Shown here one piece after another: positions 62,561 through 64,000 of a stretch of DNA of 64,000 nucleotides. The stretch comes from Candidatus Adlerbacteria bacterium (lineage in GTDB: Bacteria > Patescibacteriota > Minisyncoccia > Phycocordibacterales > SBAW01), in the NCBI GenBank assembly GCA_029288895.1, contig JARIGK010000003.1, forward strand, positions 13,868 to 77,867, read 5' to 3'. Position 1 is the first letter of the stretch. Each line of letters starts with the position of its first letter. The notes under the pieces are model-generated. The model did not search any database, was not told the origin of the DNA, and was given only the letters and a program-made list of their open reading frames with translations. Made by a program: the position numbers and the translations under genes.

Positions 62561-63682
62561 CTACGCTTTTGGAATTGTACGCACTGTTACGTGGCCCATT
62601 TTGCGCCCTGGCCGAATATCCTTGCCGTACAGATGCACCGAACCTCGGCGGTCCGCGAACTGCAAGGCCCATTGTTTCGCCTCGTCACCGAGGATGTTCT
62701 CCATGAAGCCGCAGCTGTGGAACTGGGGCGATCCAAACGGCAAATTACACGCCGCACGGATGTATTGCTCGAACTGGCTCGTGTCGCACAACTCGATGCT
62801 AAGGTGCCCCGAGTTATGCGGACGCGGTGCCATCTCGTTGAAGAAGACGGTACCGTCTTCCATAACGAAAAATTCCACCGCGAGCAAGCCATGCACATGT
62901 AGACGCTGTGCAAGCACCAAAGCAGCACTTCTCACTCGCTTCTGCACCGCCTTCCTCATCTCAGTCTGGAACACCGGCGCTTGTGGTGGATGTACCGTCC
63001 TGCGAAGAATGCCCTTTTCGTGGGTATTCTCCAGAGGGCCATAGAACATCGTCCCTCTTGGAGAGCGGGCAATGATGACGGACACCTCGCACTGGAAGTT
63101 GATGCGCTCTTCCAGAACACATGGAGCGAAGTCGAGCGATTGCCATGCAGGGTGTATTGCCTCACCTTGTTTGATGGACACTTGGCCTTTGCCATCATAG
63201 CCATCACGACGAGTCTTCAAGATACTGTCGTACTGTGCATGAGCATGAGCGCCCACGCAGTCGTTCGACACCCGAACTTCTCGGTACCGAGGCACCAAGA
63301 TGCCAAGGTCTTCTGCACACCGCTTCTCGAGCAAGCGGTCTTGCGCTACCGCCAACACGCTCGGGCCCGGACGAACCGGAACTCCTCTTTTAACGAGACG
63401 CTCCAGAAGATCAACCGGAACGTTCTCCCACCCAAGCACGGCAACCGACGGCTTGTACTGCTCACAAATCTTATCGAGCAGGTTGTCGCTCGCATTTTTG
63501 CCTCGGTCCAACGATTCAACAAACGGTGTCACCCGCCCCGCAGGCGCAGCCGACGCATGTTCCCCGAGGACAAGAGCCTTGTAGCCCATGGACGTTGCAG
63601 CGCGAGCGGTCATTTCCCCGAGCTGCCCACCATCGATGATAAGAATGGTGGAACCCGGCGCAACAATATCGAGTTGGCTCAT
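62561..63682 (-). CDS. purK: N5-CAIR synthetase-like ATP-grasp protein
   Basis: GGQLG, QDRLLEK, GYDGKGQ, NEMAPRPHNSGH, SQFEQ, RPGRKMGHV. Confidence 0.88.
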   Translation of the reverse strand: MSQLDIVAPGSTILIIDGGQLGEMTARAATSMGYKALVLGEHASAAPAGRVTPFVESLDRGKNASDNLLDKICEQYKPSVAVLGWENVPVDLLERLVKRGVPVRPGPSVLAVAQDRLLEKRCAEDLGILVPRYREVRVSNDCVGAHAHAQYDSILKTRRDGYDGKGQVSIKQGEAIHPAWQSLDFAPCVLEERINFQCEVSVIIARSPRGTMFYGPLENTHEKGILRRTVHPPQAPVFQTEMRKAVQKRVRSAALVLAQRLHVHGLLAVEFFVMEDGTVFFNEMAPRPHNSGHLSIELCDTSQFEQYIRAACNLPFGSPQFHSCGFMENILGDEAKQWALQFADRRGSVHLYGKDIRPGRKMGHVTVRTIPKA

Positions 63683-63814
63683 TTTTTATCTCCCCTTTCA
63701 AAGAAGATACGCGTTGAAGATCTAGTACTGCCGTGATTCTACACACATACATACAAAAAGAAAGCGCATTGAAAAAAGCCCTCGTGTCCGATATAGTGCA
63801 CGGGTACACCACAT

Positions 63815-63898
63815 GCCCAGGTGGCGAAATTGGCAGACGCACTACCTTGAGGTGGTAGCTCCCGCAAGGGATTGGAGGTTCAAGTCCTCTCCTGGGCA
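63815..63898 (+). tRNA. tRNA-Leu(GAG)
   Basis: Cloverleaf with long variable arm; CTACC-TTGAGGT-GGTAG; CCA not encoded. Confidence 0.93.
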
Positions 63899-63902
63899 CA
63901 CT

Positions 63903-63939
63903 ACAGAAAAGACCCCGAATTGCTCGGGGTCTTTTCTGT
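63903..63939. terminator. Bidirectional terminator
   Basis: ACAGAAAAGACCCCGA-loop-TCGGGGTCTTTTCTGT. Confidence 0.85.
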
Positions 63940-63951
63940 TTGGTGTAAAAA

Positions 63952-64000
63952 TTATTCTGCTGCGGTTTCTGCGGCGACTGCTTCTACAGCAGGTTCCTCT
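63952..64000 (-). CDS. 3' end of a gene with an Ala/Glu-rich tail (partial)
   Basis: ...EEPAVEAVAAETAAE* ending just before the terminator. Confidence 0.5.
   Translation of the reverse strand, partial: EEPAVEAVAAETAAE

Noticed and set aside
61392-63898. tRNA-anchored integrative element or prophage
   Set aside because: No integrase, no duplicated tRNA 3' end and no phage genes seen.

Overview
Chromosomal window from a small-genome bacterium. Gene content points to Patescibacteria/CPR, Parcubacteria-like (inference); TGA is used as a stop. Most genes are on the minus strand. Core genes include secD (partial), folD, rodA, ftsK, recA, recO, efp, rplJ-rplL, rpsF-ssb-rpsR, secE-nusG-rplK (no rplA), metG, glyQS, ileS, argS and mscL. 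RNA genes are a 23S-5S rRNA unit with its own promoter and no 16S, plus tRNA-His and tRNA-Leu. The 23S carries a 322-nt ORF-less group I intron at E. coli-equivalent position 2593. Most notable observations: (1) two gene architectures, with at least 16 core genes having a TANNNT box exactly 6 nt before the start codon (leaderless-like), versus about 11 solo, Shine-Dalgarno-led, terminator-bounded orphan cassettes, two of which share a near-identical 18-19 nt leader; (2) an IleRS with an intact histidine-phosphatase domain inserted; (3) a compact dCTP-to-dTMP cluster with MazG-like and CYTH proteins; (4) an HTH gene with repeated GTCCTT motifs both in its upstream region and in its coding sequence; (5) a queuosine-precursor transporter coupled to a Cache-like/cohesin-like membrane protein. 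All calls come from reading motifs by eye; no searches were run.
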